Notes under the pieces: generated by a model
What the model was told of the DNA's origin: nothing
The model's input: the letters and a program-made list of their open reading frames with translations, nothing else
The model's database searches: none
Program-made: the position numbers and the translations under genes
IMG/VR virus record: IMGVR_UViG_3300031784_000002
Source: a virus
Lineage: Duplodnaviria > Caudoviricetes
Direction: 5' to 3' (one strand)
DNA: 64,000 nucleotides
Part shown: positions 9,320-18,409 of the stretch, one piece after another
Layout: each line of letters begins with the position of its first letter
Position numbering within the stretch: position 1 is the first letter of the stretch

Positions 9320-9535
9320 ATGATTGCGACAAATTGGTTTCAAAAAAAGTGGGGTCTTGAAGATCCTGTTTTGACTGATGAACTTTATAATAGGATTGTT
9401 GAATTGGAACAACGAGTTAGAGTACTCGAAGAAGAAAATATAGAAACTACAAATGAATTATATCGTCTTGAGAACTCTTTGGATGCTCGTATAGATATTA
9501 TTGCTGAACGTTGTCAAATTAACTACGATGTATGA
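9320..9535 (+). CDS. Hypothetical coiled-coil protein
   Basis: ORF track. Confidence 0.65.
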   Translation: MIATNWFQKKWGLEDPVLTDELYNRIVELEQRVRVLEEENIETTNELYRLENSLDARIDIIAERCQINYDV

Positions 9536-9701
9536 CTTGGATGACTTTGAACGTGCCCTTGCTCACTTCGGCACAAGAGTTGACATCATCATTGCGCTTG
9601 AATTGGGTGGGAAGATTGATTCTCTTTCTGCTTACAAAGAAATCAAAGCAGAACTTAAAGAACTTAAACGAGCAAAAAAACAGTACGGAAAGGACATGTA
9701 G
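9528..9701 (+). CDS. Hypothetical protein
   Basis: Likely start MYDLDDFERALAHFG. Confidence 0.65.
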   Translation: MYDLDDFERALAHFGTRVDIIIALELGGKIDSLSAYKEIKAELKELKRAKKQYGKDM

Positions 9702-9816
9702 TAAGTGTGGTGAAACTAAACCATTGACTATTGAGTATTATCAATCTGTAAAGTCTTTTAAATATAAGTTTAGTTATTATTGTAATAGGTGCAATAATCC
9801 AAAATCTAAGGAATAA
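9532..9816 (+). CDS. Zn-ribbon protein overlapping the previous gene (start uncertain)
   Basis: C-terminal CSKC...CNRC. Confidence 0.45.
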   Translation: MTWMTLNVPLLTSAQELTSSLRLNWVGRLILFLLTKKSKQNLKNLNEQKNSTERTCSKCGETKPLTIEYYQSVKSFKYKFSYYCNRCNNPKSKE

Positions 9817-9825
9817 GTATTGACT

Positions 9826-9833
9826 TATAAATA
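9826..9833 (+). promoter_or_regulatory. T4-type late promoter
   Basis: Perfect TATAAATA about 30 nt upstream of ATG 9866. Confidence 0.75.
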
Positions 9834-9865
9834 CTCTAAACGTAGGTAATATCTTAATATAAACT

Positions 9866-10432
9866 ATGGCTCAATTGACATCCAGTGGAATAAGGTTTGC
9901 AACTATTCCCGCAGTAGATGAATTAAATTCAAGAAGAGGAATTTTTCCTACTAGCACTGCTTGGGTTTTTTATCAAACCTCAGCTCCTACTGGATGGACT
10001 AAATCCACAACTCATAATAATAAAGCCCTTAGAGTAGTGTCTGGAGATGGTGGTGGATCCGGAGGAACAAATAGTTTTACTTCCACTATGAGTAGTTTTA
10101 CTCTTGGTGGATCATTAACCTCCTCGAATGCCACAGGGGGAACTGAATTATCTGATACCCAAATTCCTGGGCACGTTCACCCTACAGGAGTAAGGTTAAA
10201 TGCTGTTCCTACATTAAACAATCCAGACGGTGCTTTTACTGGATGGAATGGTGGTGATGTAGCTCGTAGCACTGGTTGGACTAGAAATACTCCAGCAACT
10301 GGAGCTACAGGTGGAATTCCTAATGGAGCAGCACACGCTCACCCTTTTAGTGCAACAGGAACTCTTACAAATCAATCTGTAGACATAGCAGTTCAATACA
10401 TAGATGTTATCATCTGTACGTTTGATGGATAA
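9866..10432 (+). CDS. Putative tail-fibre/virion protein, paralog 1
   Basis: Gly/Thr/Ser-rich; FYQTSAPTGWTK collar-like motif; HxH motifs; late promoter. Confidence 0.7.
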   Translation: MAQLTSSGIRFATIPAVDELNSRRGIFPTSTAWVFYQTSAPTGWTKSTTHNNKALRVVSGDGGGSGGTNSFTSTMSSFTLGGSLTSSNATGGTELSDTQIPGHVHPTGVRLNAVPTLNNPDGAFTGWNGGDVARSTGWTRNTPATGATGGIPNGAAHAHPFSATGTLTNQSVDIAVQYIDVIICTFDG

Positions 10433-10469
10433 ATACTTTAAATAACATCTGTAGTTTACATCATATAAA

Positions 10470-10997
10470 ATGGCTAAATTAACAGCATCTGGAATAGTTT
10501 TTGGTGACTCAACTATTTTAAATTCTAAGTACGGAATTGTTCCACAAAACTCAGTATCCATATTTTATCAAACCTCGGCTCCTACTGGATGGACTAAATC
10601 CACAACTCATAATGATAAAACTCTCAGAGTTGTTAATGGAGACGGTGGTGGATCTGGAGGAACTTCATCGTTCACCACAGTATTTCCTGGTAGCTTGAGA
10701 ACAATATCGTCATCAAGTATTACAATGACTGGAACTGTTGGTAATACAACGTTAACTACCCCACAGTTACCTAGTCACACTCATCCTAATGGAGGTTTTG
10801 TTGGATTAACTTTGAGTCCTGGTGCTGGTGACGTTGCTTTTGGAGCCGGTTGGACTAGAAGTACTCCTGATACTGGTAGTGGACCGATTAATGGTGGCGG
10901 TTCTCATAGTCACCCTTGGTCGGGTACAGCTTCATTTTCTATAGATGTAGATTTTAGAGTTCAATACATAGATGTTATTGTTTGTACTTTTGCTTAA
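10470..10997 (+). CDS. Putative tail-fibre/virion protein, paralog 2
   Basis: Same FYQTSAPTGWTKSTTHN and VQYIDVI motifs; ATAAATA at 10429. Confidence 0.7.
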   Translation: MAKLTASGIVFGDSTILNSKYGIVPQNSVSIFYQTSAPTGWTKSTTHNDKTLRVVNGDGGGSGGTSSFTTVFPGSLRTISSSSITMTGTVGNTTLTTPQLPSHTHPNGGFVGLTLSPGAGDVAFGAGWTRSTPDTGSGPINGGGSHSHPWSGTASFSIDVDFRVQYIDVIVCTFA

Positions 10998-11031
10998 TCC
11001 GTGATAGAATAAGAAAAATATTTTTGTCTAT

Positions 11032-11376
11032 ATGAAAAAGAACGAATCAGGTAATTTTTGTCCTCTTATCAGGAAAGATTGTATCGAACATAAATGTTCG
11101 TGGTATACACATGTGAGAGGAATGAATCCAAATACAGGAGAAGATGTAGATCATTGGTCTTGTGCTGTAACTTGGATGCCTATGTTAACAATTGAAAATT
11201 CTCAACAACAAAGACAAACTGGATCAGCTGTAGAATCCTTTAGAAACGAAGTAGTCAAATCTAATACTGAGAATAGACAACTATATATTGATATGATTCA
11301 ACAAAATGGTATATTGCCAGTAAATGTAACTTCTTTGACAAGTACTCATACACTACCAGAAAATACAGGAGAATAA
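11032..11376 (+). CDS. Conserved Cys-containing hypothetical protein
   Basis: CPLIRKDC..KCSW..CAVTW. Confidence 0.7.
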   Translation: MKKNESGNFCPLIRKDCIEHKCSWYTHVRGMNPNTGEDVDHWSCAVTWMPMLTIENSQQQRQTGSAVESFRNEVVKSNTENRQLYIDMIQQNGILPVNVTSLTSTHTLPENTGE

Positions 11377-11379
11377 ATT

Positions 11380-11868
11380 ATGAAACTGACCATCATCCCT
11401 TCAGATAAATCTGTTTATGTAAATCAGATTGGTTATACCAATATTGATATGACTTGGGTTCCTATTATTGATGGAAAAAAAGTTCATGCAGTTCAATGGT
11501 TGGATGATGAAGGTGAAATTGAGTTTGTTGGACCTCATCAAAATTTAAAGATTACTAAGTTAGATGTATTCGAACAAGCAATTGAGTTGTGGAATGAAAA
11601 GAAACTCGAAGAAGAAACTCTCCTACGACAAAAACTAGAATCAGAAGAAAGACATAGAAAACAAGAAGAAGAACGTCTAAGATCACAATTTATTGGCGTT
11701 GATGATGAATTTGAAGTTGATGTTAGTGAACTTGATGAATATGGATATAGTGAAAAACCTTATATTGCTCCTTCAGAAACTCACATGCCTCCAGTAGAGC
11801 CTTTAATGTATGAGGATGAAGATGAAGATTTATTCTACGATATTGAAGAACTCCTAAAAGAAATTTGA
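11380..11868 (+). CDS. Hypothetical protein (possible fibre assembly factor)
   Basis: VHAVQW..EGEIEF N-terminal domain, acidic tail; follows fibre genes. Confidence 0.6.
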   Translation: MKLTIIPSDKSVYVNQIGYTNIDMTWVPIIDGKKVHAVQWLDDEGEIEFVGPHQNLKITKLDVFEQAIELWNEKKLEEETLLRQKLESEERHRKQEEERLRSQFIGVDDEFEVDVSELDEYGYSEKPYIAPSETHMPPVEPLMYEDEDEDLFYDIEELLKEI

Positions 11869-11889
11869 GTTTAAATTATTGAATTTGAA

Positions 11890-13056
11890 ATGATGAATCA
11901 AAAATTAATTGATAATAACTATATTGTCCTGTCAAATTTTATTTCAAAAGAAAGGGCGTTAAGTCTTTCTTCTGAATTTTTAAAACATTGCGAAGAAAAC
12001 AATATAGAAGGAGATCCTCAGGCTCCAAATTCATATTCTGCATATAATTACATATCATTTCTGGAATTACTCTGTGAAAAAACTACGGTAATCTCTTCGG
12101 CAATTGGCGAAACAGTTTTACCTACCTATGCATATTCTAGGGTATATAAAAAAGGAAGTGAATTAAAAAAACATATAGATAGAGATGCTTGTGAGATATC
12201 ATTAACTCTTCATCTACATGGAGATGTTGCTTGGCCTATATGGATTGAAACTTCTTCTGGGGAAACTCGTTGTGTGCAATTAAATCCCGGAGATGCTATG
12301 ATCTATATGGGAAAAATTGCTCCACATTGGAGAGAACCTTTCAGTGGAGAATGGTATAGTCAAGTATTCCTGCATTATGTTAGAAGTCGTGGAGATTGTT
12401 CATATGCATATTTTGACAAAGATAGTGAGAAAACTAAACCAGTAGTTGAAGAAATTAATATTCCTACTGAAACAAAAATAATGTCTTCTAGAGCTAAAAA
12501 ATCTTTAGAAGACTACATCTTTACGTTGGATAATATTGTTCCATCGGAATTGTGTGATAGAATTTTAAAAGAATATTCTGAATGTAGTTTTTGGACTCCT
12601 ACAAGCGTTGGTGATGGTAATGTAAATAATCAGATTAGAAATTGCGATACTATTAGTATTTCTGAACAACTAGTAATTGAAAAAAATTTCGACGTTAGGA
12701 AAAGAATAGACGAAGATTTTTATCTTTGCGCTTCAAAAGCAATCAATGAATATAGAAATTTATTTCCTGAAGTTGCCTCGGAGATTGATACTGGATACGG
12801 ATTACTGAGATATAAAGAAGGACAGTTTTATGTTCAACACACAGATTCTTTTAAGAGTCAACAAAGATCAGTGAGTTGTTCTTTCATGTTAAATGATGAT
12901 TATGAGGGTGGTGAGTTTGCATTTTTTGATAGAGAAATTGTAATAAAAGGATTAAAAGGATCTATAGTAATGTTCCCATCCAATTTCATGTATCCACATG
13001 AAATTATGCCAGTAACTTCTGGTACTCGTTACTCAATTATTACTTGGTATGTCTGA
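11890..13056 (+). CDS. Two-domain 2OG-Fe(II) oxygenase (prolyl-4-hydroxylase-like)
   Basis: Domain 1 HIDRDACEIS...PHWRE...VFLHY; domain 2 HTD...DYEGGEF...HEIMPVTSGTRYSIITW. Confidence 0.88.
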   Translation: MMNQKLIDNNYIVLSNFISKERALSLSSEFLKHCEENNIEGDPQAPNSYSAYNYISFLELLCEKTTVISSAIGETVLPTYAYSRVYKKGSELKKHIDRDACEISLTLHLHGDVAWPIWIETSSGETRCVQLNPGDAMIYMGKIAPHWREPFSGEWYSQVFLHYVRSRGDCSYAYFDKDSEKTKPVVEEINIPTETKIMSSRAKKSLEDYIFTLDNIVPSELCDRILKEYSECSFWTPTSVGDGNVNNQIRNCDTISISEQLVIEKNFDVRKRIDEDFYLCASKAINEYRNLFPEVASEIDTGYGLLRYKEGQFYVQHTDSFKSQQRSVSCSFMLNDDYEGGEFAFFDREIVIKGLKGSIVMFPSNFMYPHEIMPVTSGTRYSIITWYV

Positions 13057-13843
13057 GAAACTTGTAGGAATTCCAAGTATTTACTATCTAAATCTAGACT
13101 CTGAATTAGATAGAAGGGAATACATGGAAAAACAATTTGAGAGGTGGAATATCAATAATGTAACAAGATTTTCTGGATCAAATTATCTTGTAGAAAATTA
13201 TGATCATTGGAAAAATATCTTACATTTTCCTGAAAAAATTAAAGATAGACAACATCAATTAGCAGCTTCTATCACTCTATCAACCCTAGAAATGGTCAGA
13301 CATTGGTTAGAAACAACCGATGAAGACCATTTAATTTTATTTGAAGATGATTATGATTTAAATCTAATTGAATACTGGCATTTTGATTGGAATTATTTGA
13401 TGAAAAAAATTCCATACGATTGGGATTGTATTCAGTTGGGGTATGAATCATCTCATTATGTTAAATTTTTCCTTCACCCTAAGGATAAGACTAGTGCGTA
13501 TGGGCCGGTATTAATTAATAGACACTTCGCTCAGAAATTAATCAATTTACACTACTTTAAGGGTAAGTACTTGTTGATTCGTAAGTATGGTTCTTATCCA
13601 TATAATACTGGATACCGAGTTGTTTCATTGGATGATTTTGTTTGTTTTTTGGGAAAAACATATCAGTTGCCGTTAATAACTCAAAATCCACATCTAGATA
13701 AAGTATCAAAAAAACATCATTTTCTTTGCAAAGAAATCTATTATGATTGGTGGCAAAATAAAAGAGATAATTTTACTTTGGATGATTTTTTTTCTTATGG
13801 TAAACCAAATGATTATGAAATGACTGAAAAAGTAAATTACTAA
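13049..13843 (+). CDS. GT25-family glycosyltransferase 1
   Basis: YYLNLDSELDRREYME; LFEDD; DWDCIQLG. Confidence 0.8.
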   Translation: MSEKLVGIPSIYYLNLDSELDRREYMEKQFERWNINNVTRFSGSNYLVENYDHWKNILHFPEKIKDRQHQLAASITLSTLEMVRHWLETTDEDHLILFEDDYDLNLIEYWHFDWNYLMKKIPYDWDCIQLGYESSHYVKFFLHPKDKTSAYGPVLINRHFAQKLINLHYFKGKYLLIRKYGSYPYNTGYRVVSLDDFVCFLGKTYQLPLITQNPHLDKVSKKHHFLCKEIYYDWWQNKRDNFTLDDFFSYGKPNDYEMTEKVNY

Positions 13844-14667
13844 TGTCTACCAACCCTAAGTTAAAAAATCTTCCTCCAATATATTACTTTAATCTGGATC
13901 ACAGAAAAGATCGTAAAGAATATATTGAAAAACAATTTTTAGATCATGGAATAACAAACTATCATAGAGTTAATTCTTCTAGATATTCTGTAGAAAATTA
14001 TAAGGATTGGAGATCCAAAGTAGTAACTGACAAACTTAGAACTCAGGTGTGGTTTCTAGCTACCCTAATTGATAGAATACATGGTATAATTGATTGGTAT
14101 GAATCTAATATTTCTGAAACCTGTCTAATAGTTGAAGATGATTTTTGTTTAGATCCAGTTGAGTACTGGAACTTTGATTGGAAAACTTTTGTCGATAATC
14201 TACCTTGTACCTGGGAGTGCGTCCAACTTCACATTATTGGAGAGAAATTCATTAGAATGAATCTGTCTAAGTGGACTGTAAACAATCACTCCACAGGATG
14301 TATACTTATTAATAGATCATATGCAAAAAAATTAATTGATCTTCATTACATAGAAGGTAAATTTAAATTATATTCTAACTATGGATATAGTAAAAAATGG
14401 CCAGAATATCATTATCAATCAGTAGATTTTGTTTTATACCAAATAGGAGTTACATATTCAATTCCAATCTTTACCACCAACTACAACTTCATAAGTGATG
14501 GGTATAGGAATGGAAAAATAAATTATATGGCTAAAAATTCTGATCAATTAGTTTTAGATTGGTGGAAAAATAAGTCTCCAGATTACACATTAGATGATGT
14601 TTTTTATTTAAATTCAATTAAAAGAAAGGAATTAATTATAGAAGTTAATCATGAATTTGAAGGATAA
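13843..14667 (+). CDS. GT25-family glycosyltransferase 2
   Basis: YYFNLDHRKDRKEYIE; IVEDD; WECVQL. Confidence 0.8.
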   Translation: MSTNPKLKNLPPIYYFNLDHRKDRKEYIEKQFLDHGITNYHRVNSSRYSVENYKDWRSKVVTDKLRTQVWFLATLIDRIHGIIDWYESNISETCLIVEDDFCLDPVEYWNFDWKTFVDNLPCTWECVQLHIIGEKFIRMNLSKWTVNNHSTGCILINRSYAKKLIDLHYIEGKFKLYSNYGYSKKWPEYHYQSVDFVLYQIGVTYSIPIFTTNYNFISDGYRNGKINYMAKNSDQLVLDWWKNKSPDYTLDDVFYLNSIKRKELIIEVNHEFEG

Positions 14668-15517
14668 ATTAAAAGGCCTACCCCCAATTATTTTGGCTAC
14701 AATTGATGAAAGGCCAGATAGACAGGAATATGCTGAAATTCAGTATGATTATTGGGGTATTAAAAATTATACAAAAGTTTCTGGGTCAAAGTATCAACTT
14801 TCAACATATGAAGATTGGAAAGATTTGGTTATCTTGAATCCATTTGAAGAATATCATAGAAAAAATCATCATATTGCAGAAATTTCCATAACTCTGGCTC
14901 ACTTAATCAATATAAAAAATTGGTTAGAAACTACTAATGATCCATATGTAATTATCATGGAAGATGATTATGATTTAAATTTTATTGATTATTGGCATTT
15001 TGACTGGGAACATCTAATGAATAATATCCCATATGATTGGGATTGTATTCAAATGACTTTCGAGAATGAGGAGTGTATGCCATGTTTTTTGCATCCAATT
15101 CTAAGTGGACATGACACTGGTGCTTCTTTAATTAATAGGAGATATGCAGAAAAAATTATAAGTCTTCACTATAAAGATGGTAAATTTGATTTATCACAGA
15201 AAATTTCTAACTACAAATGGTCAAGTCAAGGTATAAAAACCTTTGAAGGTTTGGGAATGCCCAATTTTACAACGGATTATTTTCTAGGTCATAACGGAAA
15301 AACATATTGTATTCCACTTTTTTCAGTAAATCCTGGTTTTGGTAGTTGGGCTCAAAATATTGATAGAAGAGAGGAGAGAGTGGATTTAGCTTTTTCTTAT
15401 AAGGCTTGTAAAAAGTGGTGGACTGAATTGAGAGATCAGTATACACTCGAAGAATTCTTTACTTATGGTAAACCAAATGATAGAATAATTTTACCAAGTG
15501 AATTTGAAAATGTTTGA
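14651..15517 (+). CDS. GT25-family glycosyltransferase 3
   Basis: IDERPDRQEY; IMEDD; DWDCIQM. Confidence 0.8.
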   Translation: MNLKDKLKGLPPIILATIDERPDRQEYAEIQYDYWGIKNYTKVSGSKYQLSTYEDWKDLVILNPFEEYHRKNHHIAEISITLAHLINIKNWLETTNDPYVIIMEDDYDLNFIDYWHFDWEHLMNNIPYDWDCIQMTFENEECMPCFLHPILSGHDTGASLINRRYAEKIISLHYKDGKFDLSQKISNYKWSSQGIKTFEGLGMPNFTTDYFLGHNGKTYCIPLFSVNPGFGSWAQNIDRREERVDLAFSYKACKKWWTELRDQYTLEEFFTYGKPNDRIILPSEFENV

Positions 15518-16097
15518 GTACGTTACCGAGTTTGAATCACAAATTGCTGAGTTTTTTGGAGCTCCTTATGCAGTAGCTACTGATTCATGTACTCATGCAT
15601 TAGAACTTTGTTTGAGACATACTAGGCAAGATCATATTACAATTCCAACCAGAACATATATTTCGGTTCCGATGACTTGTATGAAACTTGGATTAAATTG
15701 GAATTGGAAAGAAGAAGAGTGGTCTGATTATTATCACTTAGGAAATACTACAATTGTTGATGCTGCTGTTCTTTGGGGTAAAAATACGTATCTATCGAAC
15801 ACATTTATGTGTTTAAGTTTTCAGTTCAAAAAACATTTGAACCTAGGAAGAGGTGGTGCAATTCTGTTGCAAAACAAAGAGGATTATGATACACTTAAAA
15901 AAATGTCTTATGATGGTCGTGATCTCAGTCGTCCATGGGCCGAACAAGACATAGATACTATCGGGTATCATTATTACATGACTCCTGAGGTGGCCAAAAC
16001 GGGAATTGAATTACTAAATGAGCGGAAAAAAACTCCCGGTAAAAAATGGAGCCACAGGGATTACCCAGATTTGAGAGAAATGTCAGTGTTCAAATGA
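15510..16097 (+). CDS. Short DegT/DnrJ/EryC1/StrS PLP sugar aminotransferase
   Basis: FESQIAEFFGAPYAVATDSCTHAL; VDAA; SFQFKK...GRGGAI; GYHYYM; only about 195 aa. Confidence 0.8.
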   Translation: MFEYVTEFESQIAEFFGAPYAVATDSCTHALELCLRHTRQDHITIPTRTYISVPMTCMKLGLNWNWKEEEWSDYYHLGNTTIVDAAVLWGKNTYLSNTFMCLSFQFKKHLNLGRGGAILLQNKEDYDTLKKMSYDGRDLSRPWAEQDIDTIGYHYYMTPEVAKTGIELLNERKKTPGKKWSHRDYPDLREMSVFK

Positions 16098-16606
16098 TCA
16101 ATCATATAACCCCTAATTGGGACATTAAGGATTTTTACGACCTTAACTACGAATTATCTACACATAAAGATGAAGAGTTGGTAAATCAGTATTTAAGTTC
16201 TGGACATAATAAAGAAAAATTGTCCATTTATAAGTATCAGTTACCAAATCCTATGCCAAAATGTGTAGATGAGTATATCATTCCACATTTTGACTTTTTG
16301 GATAAAGTGGCTGCTGCAGTTAATTACTTTAAACCTGGTCAATATCTACCTCTTCACACGGATTTATTTGGAAAGTATGTAGAAATCAATAATATTGGTT
16401 CCGAAAACGTAATAAGATGTATGGTAATGTTGGAAGATAATTCTCCAGGTCAAATTTTACAAATTAAAGATACTGCATATTCTACATGGAAGGCTGGAGA
16501 TTGTTTCTATTGGGATTATCATGAAATACATGCTTTTTATAATTTCAGTATGAAAGATAGGTACGCGATTCAAATTACGGGAGTTAAAAATGAAAAGTCA
16601 AAATGA
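16094..16606 (+). CDS. Cupin/2OG-type oxygenase-like protein
   Basis: PLHTD...HEIHAFYN...RYAIQITG; likely start at ATGA overlap. Confidence 0.65.
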   Translation: MINHITPNWDIKDFYDLNYELSTHKDEELVNQYLSSGHNKEKLSIYKYQLPNPMPKCVDEYIIPHFDFLDKVAAAVNYFKPGQYLPLHTDLFGKYVEINNIGSENVIRCMVMLEDNSPGQILQIKDTAYSTWKAGDCFYWDYHEIHAFYNFSMKDRYAIQITGVKNEKSK

Positions 16607-17552
16607 GTGGGGTAAACTAAAAAAAGTGATAGTGGGAGTTGCGGATCATGCAAGAGTTCCCGAAATGGATTTGAGTGTCCGTACAATCAACTATGCAGAT
16701 AGAAAAGACGTTTCTGATGTTCCAGTTGGATTATATCCTCAACAAGTTATAGACGAAGCCAATGAAGATTTGGAGCGTTTTGTTAATTTTTTACTTGGAG
16801 AGGGTGTAGAAGTTGTAAGACCGCAGAAAACTTCTACCGATTATTACAATTTTTGCCCAAGAGATGTTGTCTTTACTCATAAAGATTTGACTGTAACGAC
16901 TCCTATGCCATTAAAGTGTAGAAAAAATGCATGGGAACCTCTGATTGATCTATTGGGAACTACTATTATTGTTCCATGTAAACATAATGAAGATCTTTAC
17001 AATGAAAATTGTGTAGGAGATAAAGATGTTCTTGCTTTGACCGAAGTGACTCCCGCATTTGATGCTGCAAATGTTATTCGTGCAAACGATGATGTATTAT
17101 ATCTTGTTTCTAATAGTGGAAATGTGGAAGGCGCGAAGTTACTACAGGAAATGTTGAGGGATCGGGCAAAAGTTCACCTTTTACAAGGTGTTTATAGTTA
17201 CATGCACATAGATACAACAGTTGCGTTTCTTCGTGAAGGTTTAATGTTGTTAAATCCAGAACGAATTAAATCTGTCGATGTACTTCCAGAACCTTTTAGG
17301 AGTTGGGATGTAGTTTGGTGCCCAGAACCAGTAGATATTGGTTATCATCCTGGATATAATCACGCTTCAGAGTGGTGTAATATGAATCTTTTCAGTATTA
17401 ATCCAAACTTGGTGGCTTTAGAAGAACATCAAGAACCCACTCGAAAAGAACTTGAAAAGTATGGAATAGAGTGTGCAATGTTACCCATGAGACACTCAAG
17501 AACATTGAGTGGATGTTTCCACTGTGTTACACTTGACCTTGAAAGAGAATAG
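16590..17552 (+). CDS. Amidinotransferase (glycine/inosamine-phosphate amidinotransferase family)
   Basis: NEWGKLKKVIVG; FCPRD; FDAANV; HIDTT; catalytic GCFHCVTLDL. Confidence 0.92.
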   Translation: MKSQNEWGKLKKVIVGVADHARVPEMDLSVRTINYADRKDVSDVPVGLYPQQVIDEANEDLERFVNFLLGEGVEVVRPQKTSTDYYNFCPRDVVFTHKDLTVTTPMPLKCRKNAWEPLIDLLGTTIIVPCKHNEDLYNENCVGDKDVLALTEVTPAFDAANVIRANDDVLYLVSNSGNVEGAKLLQEMLRDRAKVHLLQGVYSYMHIDTTVAFLREGLMLLNPERIKSVDVLPEPFRSWDVVWCPEPVDIGYHPGYNHASEWCNMNLFSINPNLVALEEHQEPTRKELEKYGIECAMLPMRHSRTLSGCFHCVTLDLERE

Positions 17553-18409
17553 TGGACTTAGAAAATAAACTCAAGGGACTTCCTATGATTTATTATGTAA
17601 ATCTAGATCACAGAGTCGATAGGAAAGAATGGATGGAAACTCAGTTTAGTGACTGGGGGATAACAAATTATCACAGAGTTTGTGCATCGAAATATGATGT
17701 TTCGAAATATGATGAGTGGAAGGATATAGTTGTAGAAGAAGGAATTCTTGAGTGTGTTTCCTTAATGTCAACTGCCGTAAACAATATAGAAACAATCGTT
17801 AATTGGTATGACACTCATCCATCCGAAACTTGTATTATGATGGAGGATGATCTGTCTTTAGGGACAATAAAATATTGGAATTTTGACTGGACTTACTTTG
17901 AAAATAATCTACCAGAAAATTGGGAGTGTGTTCAACTTTATTTCTGTAGTACATATCATGAGGATGGACTGTCTTTCCCAATGTTTTTGCATAAAAGACA
18001 TGATGCAGGTTCAGCCGCAGCATATTTGATAAATCGTTCATATGCAAAGAAAGTCAAAGATTTGATGTATCGTGATGGTAGGTACAAATTAACTTTTAAC
18101 GATAACTCATTTCATAAAAGATACAGTAAAACTAATATAATACAAGACGCTAACTTATTTGACATCGGAATTACATATTCTATTCCTCTTTTCAATCTTA
18201 ACATAAATTTGGGTGGTGATAATCAACAAAATGGAAACAAAATGTTTCCTATGGATATAATTTGTAGTCGATTAATAGGTGATTGGTGGAAGAATCATCA
18301 TCATAAGTTTTCACTAGAAGATTTCTTCACTTATGGTAAACCCAATGATCATAAAATGACTTTAAAAGTGAAAATGGAATATATAATAAAATTTTTAGAA
18401 AAATGTTAA
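17552..18409 (+). CDS. GT25-family glycosyltransferase 4
   Basis: YYVNLDHRVDRKEWME; MMEDD; NWECVQL (probable GTG start). Confidence 0.8.
   Translation: MDLENKLKGLPMIYYVNLDHRVDRKEWMETQFSDWGITNYHRVCASKYDVSKYDEWKDIVVEEGILECVSLMSTAVNNIETIVNWYDTHPSETCIMMEDDLSLGTIKYWNFDWTYFENNLPENWECVQLYFCSTYHEDGLSFPMFLHKRHDAGSAAAYLINRSYAKKVKDLMYRDGRYKLTFNDNSFHKRYSKTNIIQDANLFDIGITYSIPLFNLNINLGGDNQQNGNKMFPMDIICSRLIGDWWKNHHHKFSLEDFFTYGKPNDHKMTLKVKMEYIIKFLEKC

Noticed and set aside
9866-10997. Diversity-generating retroelement TR/VR pair
   Set aside because: Repeats lie inside two full ORFs, differences are not adenine-specific, and no reverse transcriptase is in the window
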